Notes: a model not told the origin generated them from the sequence alone. A stretch of DNA of 64,000 nucleotides from Bdellovibrionota bacterium (GCA_041739995.1 JBGSMV010000047.1:160001-224000), one strand, 5' to 3'. Counted from the first letter of the stretch, positions 9,059-21,267 are shown. Numbers and translations are program-made.

Positions 9059-11188
9059 ATGGAAGACACTCTTGCTAATCTCAACGAAGCTCAGCAAAAA
9101 GCAGTAGAGCACTTTAAGGGCCCTATTCTCGTTCTTGCGGGTGCGGGTAGCGGCAAAACGAGAGTGCTCACACGGCGCATCGCGCATTTGATTCTCAAAC
9201 ATCACGTTCATCCCGAGCAAATTCTGGCGGTCACTTTTACAAATAAAGCCACCGAGGAAATGCGCGAGCGCCTCAAGGACATGCTGGGAGACCGCGCAAC
9301 CAATCTCTGGGTTTCCACTTTCCACTCCGCTTGTTTGAAAATACTGAGGAGATCCGCCACAGAGCTTGGGTATCTCAATGATTTCGTGGTGTACGACGAC
9401 CAAGATTCGCGTGGAGTAATGAAGCAAGTTCTTAAGGATTGCTCAGTCGACGATAAGAAATTTCCAATTCAAGGATTCACTAAAGCCTTTGACCAAGCCA
9501 AGAACTCTGTAATCACTCCTGATGAATTCTATCGCTGGGCGTCAGGGAAAACTTCCAGTTGGAAGGGGCACGGCACAGAAGGACTCTCTGTGAGAGGTGA
9601 AGCGATTGAGTATCAGCTGAAGCTCCAAACGGAAGTCTATGGATTTTACCAAAAGGCACTAATGCGAGCGAACGCCATGGATTTTGGCGACCTACTCATG
9701 AATGCCGTGCTGTTGCTTGAGGGGAATCCTGAAATCCGCGCCTTCTACCAAAGGCGATTACAATTTGTGTTGGTGGACGAGTTCCAAGACACCAATGAAG
9801 CGCAGTACCGCTTTATTCGACTCATTTCCGACACGCATCGAAATCTACTGGTGGTGGGAGACGATGATCAGTCTATCTACGCGTTCCGCGGCGCGACGAT
9901 ACGAAACATTCTTGAGTTCGAGAAGGACTACGAGAACACCACAGTAGTAACACTGGACCGAAACTATCGCTCTACCGGCAATATTCTCGAAGCCGCTTAT
10001 GGCGTCATTCGCCACAACAAGTCGAGAAAAGAGAAGAAGCTTTGGACCGACGCTGAGCCTGGCAGCACGCTTAAGCTGTTTGTCGGTGCGGATGAAATGG
10101 AAGAGGCGCAATTCATCGCCGACCAGGTTTCCACTTTTCGTACCAACGGTGGGTCTTTAAAGGACGTCGCAATTTTCTACCGCACTAACGCCCAGTCGCG
10201 CGTGCTCGAAGAATCATTTATTAACGCGGGAATTCCGTACAGAATATTCGGCGGACTACGCTTTTATGATCGCAAAGAAATTCGAGACATTCTCGCCTAT
10301 CTTCGACTTTTGGTTAACGTTTCAGACGATCAAGCCTTTCTCCGCGTAATAAACACACCTCCGCGTGGCATTGGTAATCAAGCGCTGGACTCCATGCAGA
10401 AACATGCACGGCAGCAAAAAGTTCCGCTGCTTGAAGCCGCTCGTGAGCTCTCTCGGTCCAATAAGAAAATAGCGGCGTTTGTGCAGCTTTTTGATCATCT
10501 GCATCAGAAGAGCACAGAAGCACCTTTGTCTGAACTAATTCGCGAAGTGATTGAGAGGTCGGGGTATCGGGCGAAGTTAAAGGAGACCCACGACGCAACG
10601 GCCGAATCTCGCTTGGAAAACTTAATGGAACTCGAAGCGATTGGGCGCGCGGCATCTGGCGCTGGAGAAACTCCATCAGAGAGTCTTCGAATGTTCTTAG
10701 ATAAAATAGCGCTTACCAGCTCGGCAGAGCTTCCAAAAGGCGACGGCACGCTTGGTTCAGATAAGGAGAAAGAAGATCCTGCGAATTCTGTATCTTTCAT
10801 GACTCTTCATCTGGCTAAAGGTCTCGAGTTCCCAATGGTATTTCTTGTTGGATGCGAAGAGGGATTACTTCCGCACTATCGTTCGCTGTATGACCCAACC
10901 GAGTTAGAGGAAGAGCGACGCTTATGTTACGTGGGAATTACGAGAGCGATGCGTGACTTGTATCTCACCAGGGCGATTACTCGTGGGATGTTTGCCATGG
11001 GAGACAGCGGCGGAGGTCTATACCGTGAGCCAAGTCGGTTTCTTAACGACATCCCTCTTGAGCTTCAAGAGCAACTCGGATTCAACCGTGATGCCTGGGA
11101 CAGCTCGGAGGAATGGGACGATGGGGTCGATGTTGACAGCACTCTTGGTGAGGAGTCCATCGGCGAGGAAGTCTGGGACAAAGAGTAG
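9059..11188 (+). CDS. pcrA: ATP-dependent DNA helicase PcrA/UvrD
   Basis: LAGAGSGKT, VTFTNKA, LVDEFQDTN, VGDDDQSIYAFRGA, NYRST, AKGLEF, EEERRLCYVGITRA. Confidence 0.93.
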   Translation: MEDTLANLNEAQQKAVEHFKGPILVLAGAGSGKTRVLTRRIAHLILKHHVHPEQILAVTFTNKATEEMRERLKDMLGDRATNLWVSTFHSACLKILRRSATELGYLNDFVVYDDQDSRGVMKQVLKDCSVDDKKFPIQGFTKAFDQAKNSVITPDEFYRWASGKTSSWKGHGTEGLSVRGEAIEYQLKLQTEVYGFYQKALMRANAMDFGDLLMNAVLLLEGNPEIRAFYQRRLQFVLVDEFQDTNEAQYRFIRLISDTHRNLLVVGDDDQSIYAFRGATIRNILEFEKDYENTTVVTLDRNYRSTGNILEAAYGVIRHNKSRKEKKLWTDAEPGSTLKLFVGADEMEEAQFIADQVSTFRTNGGSLKDVAIFYRTNAQSRVLEESFINAGIPYRIFGGLRFYDRKEIRDILAYLRLLVNVSDDQAFLRVINTPPRGIGNQALDSMQKHARQQKVPLLEAARELSRSNKKIAAFVQLFDHLHQKSTEAPLSELIREVIERSGYRAKLKETHDATAESRLENLMELEAIGRAASGAGETPSESLRMFLDKIALTSSAELPKGDGTLGSDKEKEDPANSVSFMTLHLAKGLEFPMVFLVGCEEGLLPHYRSLYDPTELEEERRLCYVGITRAMRDLYLTRAITRGMFAMGDSGGGLYREPSRFLNDIPLELQEQLGFNRDAWDSSEEWDDGVDVDSTLGEESIGEEVWDKE

Positions 11189-11227
11189 AAACTCCTCCTA
11201 AAACAATTCACTGAGATAGGTCTCCGC

Positions 11228-13765
11228 ATGAGTTCCGAACTCGTTATCGAGAAACGCATACCGGAGCTCCTCGCGTTGCTAAGCGCGAGAAACCAGTTGC
11301 TAGTGAGTGCTCCCCCAGGAGCAGGTAAAACAACAGTCGTACCGTTAAGCCTCTTAGACCAGGAATGGAGTCGGGAGAAGAAGATTCTCCTGCTTGAGCC
11401 CCGAAGAGTTGCAGCGGTGGCGGCGGCAGAATTCATGAGCGAAAGAGCCGGCACTGCTGTAGGCGAATTAGTTGGTTATCGCACCAGAGCAGCATCCCGA
11501 AGTTCATCTCGTACCCGGGTCGAAGTAGTCACCGAAGGAATTCTCACTCGTATGTTACTGGACGATCCGGGACTCGAGGAGTACGCCGCAGTAATTTTCG
11601 ACGAGTTCCATGAACGTAGCATTCATGCCGACTTAGGCTTAGCACTTTGTCTTCAAAGCCAGGAGACACTTAGACCAGACCTGCGGATAGTGATCATGTC
11701 TGCCACGGTGGACATTGCAGAGCTGCAAAAGATGCTTGCCAGTGCCGTGCTGTTTAGCGTCGAAGGTAGGTCATTTCCAGTTGAAGTTACCTATCGCCCA
11801 GTGGTGAAGAGTCTCTCGCTTGAAGAGCAGGTTAGTGCAGCAATTCACCAAGTGTACGCCACACGGAATGGAGATGTTTTAGTTTTCTTGCCTGGACGAA
11901 GGGAAATTCAAGCGGCGCAGCGGTTTCTTGGCAAGAGTCGCGAGTTATCGAACAGCGATATCTGCACGCTTTCAGGGGAAACGCCGATCGGAGAGCAGCG
12001 TGGAGTACTGCGCGGTGCCTCCGCTGAACGCAGAAGAATCATTCTTTCGACTAACATTGCAGAGACTAGCGTCACCATTCCAGGCGTTACTATTGTCATA
12101 GACAGTGGACTGATGCGGGTTTCTCAGCTGGATCATTCAACCGGAATCCCCAAGCTAGTGACGGTTCGCGTGGCCCAGACAAACGCTACTCAGCGCGCGG
12201 GGCGAGCGGGGAGAACCGCACCAGGGGCGTGCGTTCGATTATGGAGTGAAGCCGAGCAGCGAGCACTGCGCCCATTTGGAGAGCCTGAAATTCTCCGCGC
12301 TGATATCGCACCGTTACTGCTTAACCTGGCAGAATGGGGAGTGCGGTCACCGTCGGACTTAAAGTTTCTTAGTCCCCCGAGCGAAGCGGCAGTGGACGAA
12401 GGGTGGCGCCTACTCAATACTTTAGGTGCCGTTGACACCGAGCGGCGCATTACCTCGCTTGGAAAACAAATTGCGCGTCTTGGTGTGCACCCACGTCTGG
12501 GCAGCATGTTGATTCGAGCAAAGCTTGCCGGAGTGTCCGCGGTAGCTTGTGATCTCGCAGCACTTCAAGAGGAGGAAGACTCGCTTCGAAAGAGTGGAGG
12601 TGAGATCGATGTTGCAGCTCGTTGGCATGCCCTGCAACGGTTTCGTGAGCGAGGCGGAGAGAGTCGAGTTTTGGAGCGAGTAGCGCGCAATGCGCAGCGT
12701 TTAGGAGAGAGGGTTAAAAACCTAACCCTTGAGACCTTTCGAGGCGGCTTGGTCGAAGCAGATCTGGATTCAGGCTTATCCGGAGATCAACATCTGGGCC
12801 TTCTTCTTGCGTGGGCCTATCCCGATAGGATTGCCAAAAGACGCGCTGAAAAGTCAGAAGCTTATTTGCTTGCGAATGGGGTTGGAGCGAAGCTCCCTCA
12901 AGGAAGTGCAATGTCGAGGCACGAGTACTTTGTTGCAGCGACTGTGGTCGGTGGGGCCGAGAGAGCAATGGTTCATTTGGCAGAAGCACTTTCGAGCTCC
13001 GATATCGAGACACTGCTTGAGTCAATAGGCACAAGCGAACAACAAACCACGTGGGATTCCAACACAGAATCAGTGCGAGCCTTTGAGGAGGAGCGCCTCG
13101 GCGCTATCTCAGTGCGGCGGCGCTATGTGGAACCTGATCCAGAAAAGGCTACGCAGATTATTCTTGATGTAATTCGGGCAAAAGGACTCGACTTTCTTCC
13201 GTGGTCCAAAGATGCATTGAGCTTAAGAGAGCGAGCTAGTTGGGCGCTCGACAATGGGCTTGTTCCCTTAGAGTTTCCGGATCTTCGCTCTGCATGGTTG
13301 CTAGATAACTTGGAGCACTGGCTTGTCCCGTATTTGGCGAAGGTGTCTTCATTGAAAGAATTAAGAAAGCTCGACATGGGGCAGGTTCTACGCAACTTGC
13401 TTTCTTTTCAGTACGGAGCACTGCTCGAATCGCTCGCTCCCGCCACGTTGGTACTTCCCACTGGCACACACGCGTCGATATCCTACGACAGCGCACCAAC
13501 CATTGAAGTGATGCTTCAAGAGCTTTTTGGAGTGGTGGATAGTCCGTGTATCGCGAATGGCAAAGTGCCCCTGAGCATCGCGCTACTCTCACCCGCGAGG
13601 AGGCCTCTACAGATTACTAAGGACCTAAGATCGTTTTGGACGACCACTTATCAGTCCATTCGCGGAGAGATGCGAGCTCGGTATCCGAAGCATCTTTGGC
13701 CCGAAAAACCCCTGGAATGTGCCCCTCATCGAGGCCCTCGCCGAAAGCCACGAACAGCTACATAG
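11228..13765 (+). CDS. hrpB: ATP-dependent RNA helicase HrpB
   Basis: APPGAGKTT, DEFHERS, MSAT, TNIAETS, QRAGRAGR; C-terminal LLSPARRPLQIT..RYPKHLWP. Confidence 0.93.
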   Translation: MSSELVIEKRIPELLALLSARNQLLVSAPPGAGKTTVVPLSLLDQEWSREKKILLLEPRRVAAVAAAEFMSERAGTAVGELVGYRTRAASRSSSRTRVEVVTEGILTRMLLDDPGLEEYAAVIFDEFHERSIHADLGLALCLQSQETLRPDLRIVIMSATVDIAELQKMLASAVLFSVEGRSFPVEVTYRPVVKSLSLEEQVSAAIHQVYATRNGDVLVFLPGRREIQAAQRFLGKSRELSNSDICTLSGETPIGEQRGVLRGASAERRRIILSTNIAETSVTIPGVTIVIDSGLMRVSQLDHSTGIPKLVTVRVAQTNATQRAGRAGRTAPGACVRLWSEAEQRALRPFGEPEILRADIAPLLLNLAEWGVRSPSDLKFLSPPSEAAVDEGWRLLNTLGAVDTERRITSLGKQIARLGVHPRLGSMLIRAKLAGVSAVACDLAALQEEEDSLRKSGGEIDVAARWHALQRFRERGGESRVLERVARNAQRLGERVKNLTLETFRGGLVEADLDSGLSGDQHLGLLLAWAYPDRIAKRRAEKSEAYLLANGVGAKLPQGSAMSRHEYFVAATVVGGAERAMVHLAEALSSSDIETLLESIGTSEQQTTWDSNTESVRAFEEERLGAISVRRRYVEPDPEKATQIILDVIRAKGLDFLPWSKDALSLRERASWALDNGLVPLEFPDLRSAWLLDNLEHWLVPYLAKVSSLKELRKLDMGQVLRNLLSFQYGALLESLAPATLVLPTGTHASISYDSAPTIEVMLQELFGVVDSPCIANGKVPLSIALLSPARRPLQITKDLRSFWTTTYQSIRGEMRARYPKHLWPEKPLECAPHRGPRRKPRTAT

Positions 13766-13889
13766 TAGTCGAGGCTACAGAAGCACTAAAGTTGGTTTAA
13801 AAAACGGTTAAAAAACAGTGAGTTAGGGCGCCAAAAAGCCACGCATTGCCTAAGTCATATCTGCTAGAATTAGTTACATATTTTTAATT

Positions 13890-16421
13890 ATGGCTGAAGC
13901 CCCGAACCCTAACCTGGCAAGGCTCAAAGGCGCTGCGCCCGTAGAGCTTTCTGACGGCTCGCTCCCTCTGTGGGGAGATGGCGTTCGTGCGTCCGTACCT
14001 GGTACTTCGGTGGGCACTTCGGTCGAGGGTCGCTCGATGGGACCTGGCTTGTCTTCTGGAGTGGACAGCGGAGGAAGCTCCCTCGGCGCTCAAGCTGGAA
14101 GAAACTCATCCGGCACTAGTAGCGGCGGTTCAACAACGTCAGGTACTTCAAGTGCTGCAAGTTCTTCTGGTTATTCCGGGGGCGTGACTTCAGGAGGCGG
14201 TGCTGGCGACAGTGTCGGCTCGTTATCTACTCCCGCAGTGGCACGACCGCAGAATCAAAGTGAAGAACAATCTCGGCAGCCACAAAGTCCTGCGGTTAAC
14301 CCTACTCCTTCAGCTGCCCCGGCTTCTCTTGGCCAAACAGGTTCTTTTGATTCAACGACACTTCCTAGAACCTCAGCGGAGCAACCAGGACAAAACAACA
14401 ACAATGCTCAGCACAGAATTGAACAGGCGCTTCGACCTGACGCTTCAAATGCAGCGCCTGTGGAACGCGCTGCGCCATCTCGGGAGCCTGCACCTCAAAC
14501 TAGCCCCTCACCTGCACGCCCTGAGCAGGAAGTAGCCCGTGCTCGGGAATCGCTTAACCAACAAACGATAGTGGAGCGTCCTGCAGAGCGCTCGACAGAA
14601 AGATCAAAACTAGAGCCTGAGAAATCCATTTATTCTGCACCGACCCTCGCGGAAAAAGAGCAAGCACGACTCTCAGGGCGGGAACGCGAAGCGGTCTCCC
14701 CATCAGAGCGAGTGAGCGCCAGAGACGGAGTTGCCGAGCGGGCACCTGTTGCGCCAGACCGCGTACCGGGTGCCTTGTCTGAGCGAGTTATTGAGAGTCG
14801 GCCCCGAGTCGACAGTGCAACACAATCCAGCGATAGAGAGGCTATTAGAACTCCTCCACAAGTCACTGGCCCAGAGTCTCGTGTGGAACAGCGCACCGAT
14901 ACCCGATCGGCTGAGCCCACTCTGCGCGACCTAGACATTCGGCGACCGCAGGCTACTGAATCAAATCGCGAACCAGTGGCGGCACGGACTGAGCCAATTT
15001 CTCCGCGCAATGTTGAGCGCAACGAAACTCCTCGAAATATCACGCCCACACAACGAGAGTTGCCGGTAGAGCGCAGCGGCGGAAAATCGGGCGAACCTTC
15101 TGTTTCAAGAGCGGAGCCTCAGATTTTGAAGCCTCAAACACGAACTCTAGAAAATCGGCGGCCTCTTTCGCGAGATCCTCAAGCTGGCGAAAGAAATGCG
15201 GCGTCATCAAGTATTCGCATAAGGGATCGTGCACCGAAGACCCGTCAACAATCCGCGGCAATTCCTGGCAAGGGCTCAGAGCAAGCGGTAGCCAAGACCG
15301 GAGTGCGAAGCATTGCAGATAGGATTAAGGAGTTGGCAGGAGTTAAGAGACCGGGCCTTAAAGAACGAGTTACTAAAGAAGGGAAAGACGCCGCTCAAGC
15401 GCGAGCGAAACATCAGATGGACAAAGCGGGACGTGGCACCGCGGGCGATAGACCAGCGCGCGCCTCTGGAGAACGCTCACCCAATTCGCGCGACAGGGGC
15501 ACTGATGTACGTGGTCTAAAAGGGAAAGCTCAAGCAAAAGACGGAAAGATAGATTCTGGAAAATCCTACTCTGACCGAGTTAAGTCAGATACAGCCACTA
15601 AGAATGAGACCAGAAAGGCGGGCTCGGGCAGATCGCTGAGCGACCGAACTACTTCCGAAAAAAGTATCAGAGACGGACAGACTGCAGCCGAACGGCAGGC
15701 TGCGCGCGAAGATCGAACTGCCGGTAGAGTAATAAATGGACAGCGCAAGGACGAAGGAGAGATTTCGCCTGGCGTGAAGCGACTCAGGGAAAGAGCACAA
15801 CAATCCCCGATAAAGCTTGGGAAAGATGGCCTAAGGACTGAAGACCTTGGGGGTCCGCGAGGAATTGATCGGCTGCGCGATCCTGCGTCCAAGGAGCAGC
15901 GTGCTGGTACTTCACTGACGGAACGCGTTCGACAGGGCACAGCCAGTCCAGTGGAGCGAGTAACTCATGAAGTAGTTGAGTTCATGAAAGGAATTTTCGG
16001 CATTCAAGATAACGAACAGGTTGAAGTTCCGAATTCTCTCCAGGAGCAGTCGGGCACCGATCTTGAAAATCAGGAGCTTAAAATCGAAGAAGAAGATTTA
16101 CGTGAAGATCTTGAGCACTCCACTGAAGAGCAGGAGCTTGAACTTGCGCTTAGTGATGGGCAAGTTGCTCGCGTCTACAGTATCAGGGGTAAGGTCGTTG
16201 AATTTGCTTCTGCGAAACCTCTTTCCGGCATTACTGTTGAGTTGGCCGGATATTCCACCTGTCTTACGGATGTGCGTGGTGAATACGTCTTTGAGGACAT
16301 TCTGGAGGGAACGCAATATCAGATTCTAGTGCAACCCTGCGCCTATGACTTCACTCCAGATAGAGTCTCCGGGGTGGTGTCGGGATATGCCACGCACCAC
16401 TTCTTTGGAAAGCAACACTAA
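13890..16421 (+). CDS. Large low-complexity protein with a C-terminal carboxypeptidase-regulatory-like beta domain
   Basis: 843-codon ORF rich in S/G/P/R/E; C-terminus YSIRGKV...PLSGITVEL...TDVRGEYVFEDI...YDFTP. Confidence 0.65.
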   Translation: MAEAPNPNLARLKGAAPVELSDGSLPLWGDGVRASVPGTSVGTSVEGRSMGPGLSSGVDSGGSSLGAQAGRNSSGTSSGGSTTSGTSSAASSSGYSGGVTSGGGAGDSVGSLSTPAVARPQNQSEEQSRQPQSPAVNPTPSAAPASLGQTGSFDSTTLPRTSAEQPGQNNNNAQHRIEQALRPDASNAAPVERAAPSREPAPQTSPSPARPEQEVARARESLNQQTIVERPAERSTERSKLEPEKSIYSAPTLAEKEQARLSGREREAVSPSERVSARDGVAERAPVAPDRVPGALSERVIESRPRVDSATQSSDREAIRTPPQVTGPESRVEQRTDTRSAEPTLRDLDIRRPQATESNREPVAARTEPISPRNVERNETPRNITPTQRELPVERSGGKSGEPSVSRAEPQILKPQTRTLENRRPLSRDPQAGERNAASSSIRIRDRAPKTRQQSAAIPGKGSEQAVAKTGVRSIADRIKELAGVKRPGLKERVTKEGKDAAQARAKHQMDKAGRGTAGDRPARASGERSPNSRDRGTDVRGLKGKAQAKDGKIDSGKSYSDRVKSDTATKNETRKAGSGRSLSDRTTSEKSIRDGQTAAERQAAREDRTAGRVINGQRKDEGEISPGVKRLRERAQQSPIKLGKDGLRTEDLGGPRGIDRLRDPASKEQRAGTSLTERVRQGTASPVERVTHEVVEFMKGIFGIQDNEQVEVPNSLQEQSGTDLENQELKIEEEDLREDLEHSTEEQELELALSDGQVARVYSIRGKVVEFASAKPLSGITVELAGYSTCLTDVRGEYVFEDILEGTQYQILVQPCAYDFTPDRVSGVVSGYATHHFFGKQH

Positions 16422-16590
16422 GCTTTCAACTGTGACTCTACGGCTTGAAATAATACATTCCTACCATCGAATAATCCGCGCTGCATCGCAGACTTGGTGA
16501 GATCTGAGAGGAATGTCTTGTAAGTTGATCAGAGTTTCGGAATTTTAACGCGGAGAAGTGGAGGTCACGGAGAGGGACTAGCCGGACTCC

Positions 16591-17712
16591 TCAGTGAAGT
16601 CTGATTCCTTGCCCACGTTTGACTACGTGCAGATGCGCCTCTGAATAGTTGCCATTCGGGCCAGTGCTAAAATCAACCCGCCCACTTTCTCCAGGGTAGA
16701 TTACCTTGAGCATTCCGACCTCTGGCCTATTTGGATCTAGTGCGAATGCTTTAAGCAAAGACCGCGCAGCTTCATATCCTTCGACTGCGTTCAGCATCGG
16801 CGCTTTCTTAAACCTGCTCTCAAATCGCGTCACAAAAGCATCACTTGGGGTCCAATCAGTGTAGTAGATCCCCTCACTAAGTTCCTCAGAAACAGATTTT
16901 AGTTTTAGTTCCTCGACAACATTGGAGGTGGTGAGAATCTTTGGATGTAGTCCCAGCTCGCGCAGTCGCTTTAGGATTCGGTCTGCCTGATATCCAAAAA
17001 TAACGGCGTCCGGCCGTTTGACCGAGATCTTAGCCACTTCAGCACGCCAATCCGTTCCCATATCCAGTGAGCGTTGGACCGACACAATTGTGACTCCGGC
17101 TTTCTGAGCCGCTTCGCTCCAGACCCTTTCATAGGCATGGCCCCAATCATTGTCCCAGCTGAGAATGGCCGCTGTTTTTAGCTCCGGATTGAGTTCAAAG
17201 AATCGATCGACGGCATCATGCGCCGAGGCGATGCGCGGCCCAGTGGTGAAAAAATATGGGGACCGTTCGTGTGTAGATTGGTCAATGATAGTGGAGACTA
17301 AGAGCACCTTCGACGATCGCGAAAGTGCGATAAGTGGCGAGGTAAGAAAGTCCCACACATCACCAAGCGTTGCGTCGACACGATCGACGCTCACCAGCTT
17401 TTTGTACGCACTCACTGAACCAGTCGGGTTAGTGCGACTATCCTCTAACATGAGCTCGACCTTGCGGCCAGTCACGCCTCCGGCGGCGTTCGCCTCTTCA
17501 ATGGCGAGTTCCCAACCAAAGCGAGCCATCTCTCCCCAGCCGGCAGCGGGGCCAGTAAGTGAGACTATTCCTCCAACTCGCAGGGGTTTGGAGGCAACTT
17601 CGCTCACCTCAGGCTGCTGCGAACCGACAACCGAGGGAAAGGTTACAATCAGCAAGCTTATGAATAATTTCCAAAATGGTCTTTTCGCTTCAGTCGCAGA
17701 CGTGTCGAACAT
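16591..17712 (-). CDS. LivJ/LivK-like ABC substrate-binding protein (orphan)
   Basis: Signal/TM segment, then LRVGGIVSLTGPAAGWG...AIEEANAAGGVTGRKVELMLEDS. Confidence 0.8.
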   Translation of the reverse strand: MFDTSATEAKRPFWKLFISLLIVTFPSVVGSQQPEVSEVASKPLRVGGIVSLTGPAAGWGEMARFGWELAIEEANAAGGVTGRKVELMLEDSRTNPTGSVSAYKKLVSVDRVDATLGDVWDFLTSPLIALSRSSKVLLVSTIIDQSTHERSPYFFTTGPRIASAHDAVDRFFELNPELKTAAILSWDNDWGHAYERVWSEAAQKAGVTIVSVQRSLDMGTDWRAEVAKISVKRPDAVIFGYQADRILKRLRELGLHPKILTTSNVVEELKLKSVSEELSEGIYYTDWTPSDAFVTRFESRFKKAPMLNAVEGYEAARSLLKAFALDPNRPEVGMLKVIYPGESGRVDFSTGPNGNYSEAHLHVVKRGQGIRLH

Positions 17713-17985
17713 AAATTTCCTTTTTGGCGGAAGGCGTTCAGGATTGCCTGCATCGGTGATAGGTGTTCAGACGCTTTGTGTAATCCAACTTTTGCAGACG
17801 TCCAAGCAGGCGAGGGATAGTTTTCATCGAGGGATTCTATTTATCTCGTGCAGCACTTTTGTGCGATACGATGGACGAAATGGCCGTGAGAACGTCGCGA
17901 AGGCGTTTATAGTCGCTATTGTGGCGAATTCACCTCTCATACAAATTTCCTGATTATATTTTGGAGTAGGGGTAAAATTACAACC

Positions 17986-18176
17986 ATGAGGCGCTATCTA
18001 GCTGAAAAGATTAAAAAAGACCTTACAGAAAAATGGTCTTTTTGGCCGGTCCTCGGCAAGTGGGGAAGACTACGTGTGAGGCGTGGCAACTCACCGCCGT
18101 CAAGGGGCGAGAGTTTCAAACTCCGGAGGGGATTCGAGTGGCGTGGGCACCAGAGTTTCTCAAGACGTTAATTTGA
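17986..18176 (+). pseudogene. Remnant of an AAA_14/DUF4143-type ATPase (frameshift plus large internal deletion)
   Basis: MRRYLAEKIKKDLTEK, frame change in the A run at 18029-18033, then MVFLAGPRQVGKTT (Walker A) joined directly to CEAWQLTAVKGREFQTPEGIRVAWAPEFLKTLI*. Confidence 0.7.
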
Positions 18177-18236
18177 GCTATCTGATGGAGTTGATGAAGG
18201 GAAAATGCACACTGCGTGAATAAGCCCTGTCGAATT

Positions 18237-18728
18237 CTAATGCACACCAGGCGCGAGTAACCGCTCGAGCGCGTCGGCTCTTTGGAGCTTGCTTTGTCCT
18301 AAAATTCTTGAGGTCTCGGTTATGTTTGCATCCTTCAAGATTTCCTCAGCCTCAGCACGCAACTGAGAGATCTTGGTCACATCAAACTGACCAGGCAGGT
18401 CTACTTGATCGGCTAGTATGGTGAGTACTCCATCGGAAAAACTACAGAAACCGCCCGATACAACTAAAAGATTTTTTCCTGAAGCTGCTTCAGTCGACAA
18501 AGAGTCGTATTTGAGCAGCCCAGTTCCCAAAATCCCGTTGTAGGAAACGTGTCCAGGAAGAACTCCAATCTCGCCGTCAGCGCCAGGCAGCGAAACGTTA
18601 GAGACTGGCTCTTCAAATAGTAGTCCCAGAGGGGTAATTACCCGCAGAAGGAACCGATCGGAACTTTTATTAGTACTGGTAGTAGTCGAACCCGATGCGC
18701 TCGACTGACCCTCTGCAGGAATCGCCAT
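18237..18728 (-). CDS. atpC: ATP synthase F1 epsilon
   Basis: LRVITP, LPGADGEIGVLPGH, VSGGF; follows atpD. Confidence 0.92.
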   Translation of the reverse strand: MAIPAEGQSSASGSTTTSTNKSSDRFLLRVITPLGLLFEEPVSNVSLPGADGEIGVLPGHVSYNGILGTGLLKYDSLSTEAASGKNLLVVSGGFCSFSDGVLTILADQVDLPGQFDVTKISQLRAEAEEILKDANITETSRILGQSKLQRADALERLLAPGVH

Positions 18729-18768
18729 GTCTATAATTCTCCCAAACTAGCCCGCCATACAGGCGCTG

Positions 18769-20229
<1,461 letters not shown>

Positions 20230-20307
20230 TTATCTCCTAAACGAAATTTTACACTATGTGTTGTTAAAAATGGCCCTGCAGAAATAACACTGCAAAGGCT
20301 GGGTTCC

Positions 20308-21201
20308 TTACTGAACCGCCTCCGCGCCACCAATAATATCGAGCAATTCCGACGTAATTCGTGCTTGGCGAATCTTGTTGTGTTGCAGCTCTAACTTTCT
20401 GCTCAACTGCTTTGCATTCTTTGTCGCAGAATCCATCGCAGTCATTCGTGCCGCAGTCTCACTGGCCTTGGCATCAAGACAATACTGACGAATTTTTGCG
20501 CCGAGAATTCTTGGCATCAATGCAGCGAAGACTGCTGCGATTGAGGGCTCAAACAAGGTAACCCCAGACGCCTTTCCTACGCTGGCTTGCGCTGCTGCAT
20601 CGGCCACAATATTCGGATCAAGCGGAAGGAGTTTTTCCAGCTGTACTTGCTGCGAAATTGCTGAGCGAAAGCGCGTGTACACCACCCAAACCTCGTCGAA
20701 GTCACTCGCACAAAAGCCGTCGCCAAGTTCTCGGGCCACTTCCTCAATTGGCCAAAGAGCGGCACTCTCAGGAAGCTCCTCTAGCGCCTTGAGGTACTTG
20801 TGACTTCGTCGACGAAAGTATTCTGCTGGCTTTTTACCTAAGAGAAACGCAGTAACATCTACTCCTTCAGAGCGCTTCTGGGTCAAGAAGCTCTCAGACT
20901 TCTTATTGACGTTCGAGTTATACCCTCCGCAAAGACCACGCTGACCGCCTACTACGAGCAGTGCGACTTTACGCACACTTGCTCGCTTCTCGAGTAGCGG
21001 ATGCGAGGTCTCGGAGCCTTCAAGTTCAGCTGAAAGCTGGGTAAGAAGCCGGTTAAGCTCGTTCGTATAGTCACGAGAGCTGGCGACCGCGTCTTGCGCT
21101 TTACGCAGCTTCGCCGCCGACACCAGCTTCATGGCGTAGGTGATCTTTTGCGTATTCTTAACCGACCGCAGTCGGCGCTTAATTTCTTTAAGTCCGGCCA
21201 T
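20308..21201 (-). CDS. atpG: ATP synthase F1 gamma
   Basis: KITYAMKLVSAAKL, GLCGGYN, RQARITSELLDIIGG. Confidence 0.97.
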   Translation of the reverse strand: MAGLKEIKRRLRSVKNTQKITYAMKLVSAAKLRKAQDAVASSRDYTNELNRLLTQLSAELEGSETSHPLLEKRASVRKVALLVVGGQRGLCGGYNSNVNKKSESFLTQKRSEGVDVTAFLLGKKPAEYFRRRSHKYLKALEELPESAALWPIEEVARELGDGFCASDFDEVWVVYTRFRSAISQQVQLEKLLPLDPNIVADAAAQASVGKASGVTLFEPSIAAVFAALMPRILGAKIRQYCLDAKASETAARMTAMDSATKNAKQLSRKLELQHNKIRQARITSELLDIIGGAEAVQ

Positions 21202-21267
21202 AATGCCTTCCCCTCTCTCCCCGGTGCGTTACCTGAGCTGGCGGTGTTTCACCGTGGTGCTCTTTAG

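Noticed and set aside
17150..17953. 267-aa plus-strand ORF, and similar shadow ORFs over atpD, atpA, prfC and others
   Set aside because: Antisense or out-of-frame to well-supported genes, with no recognisable motifs.
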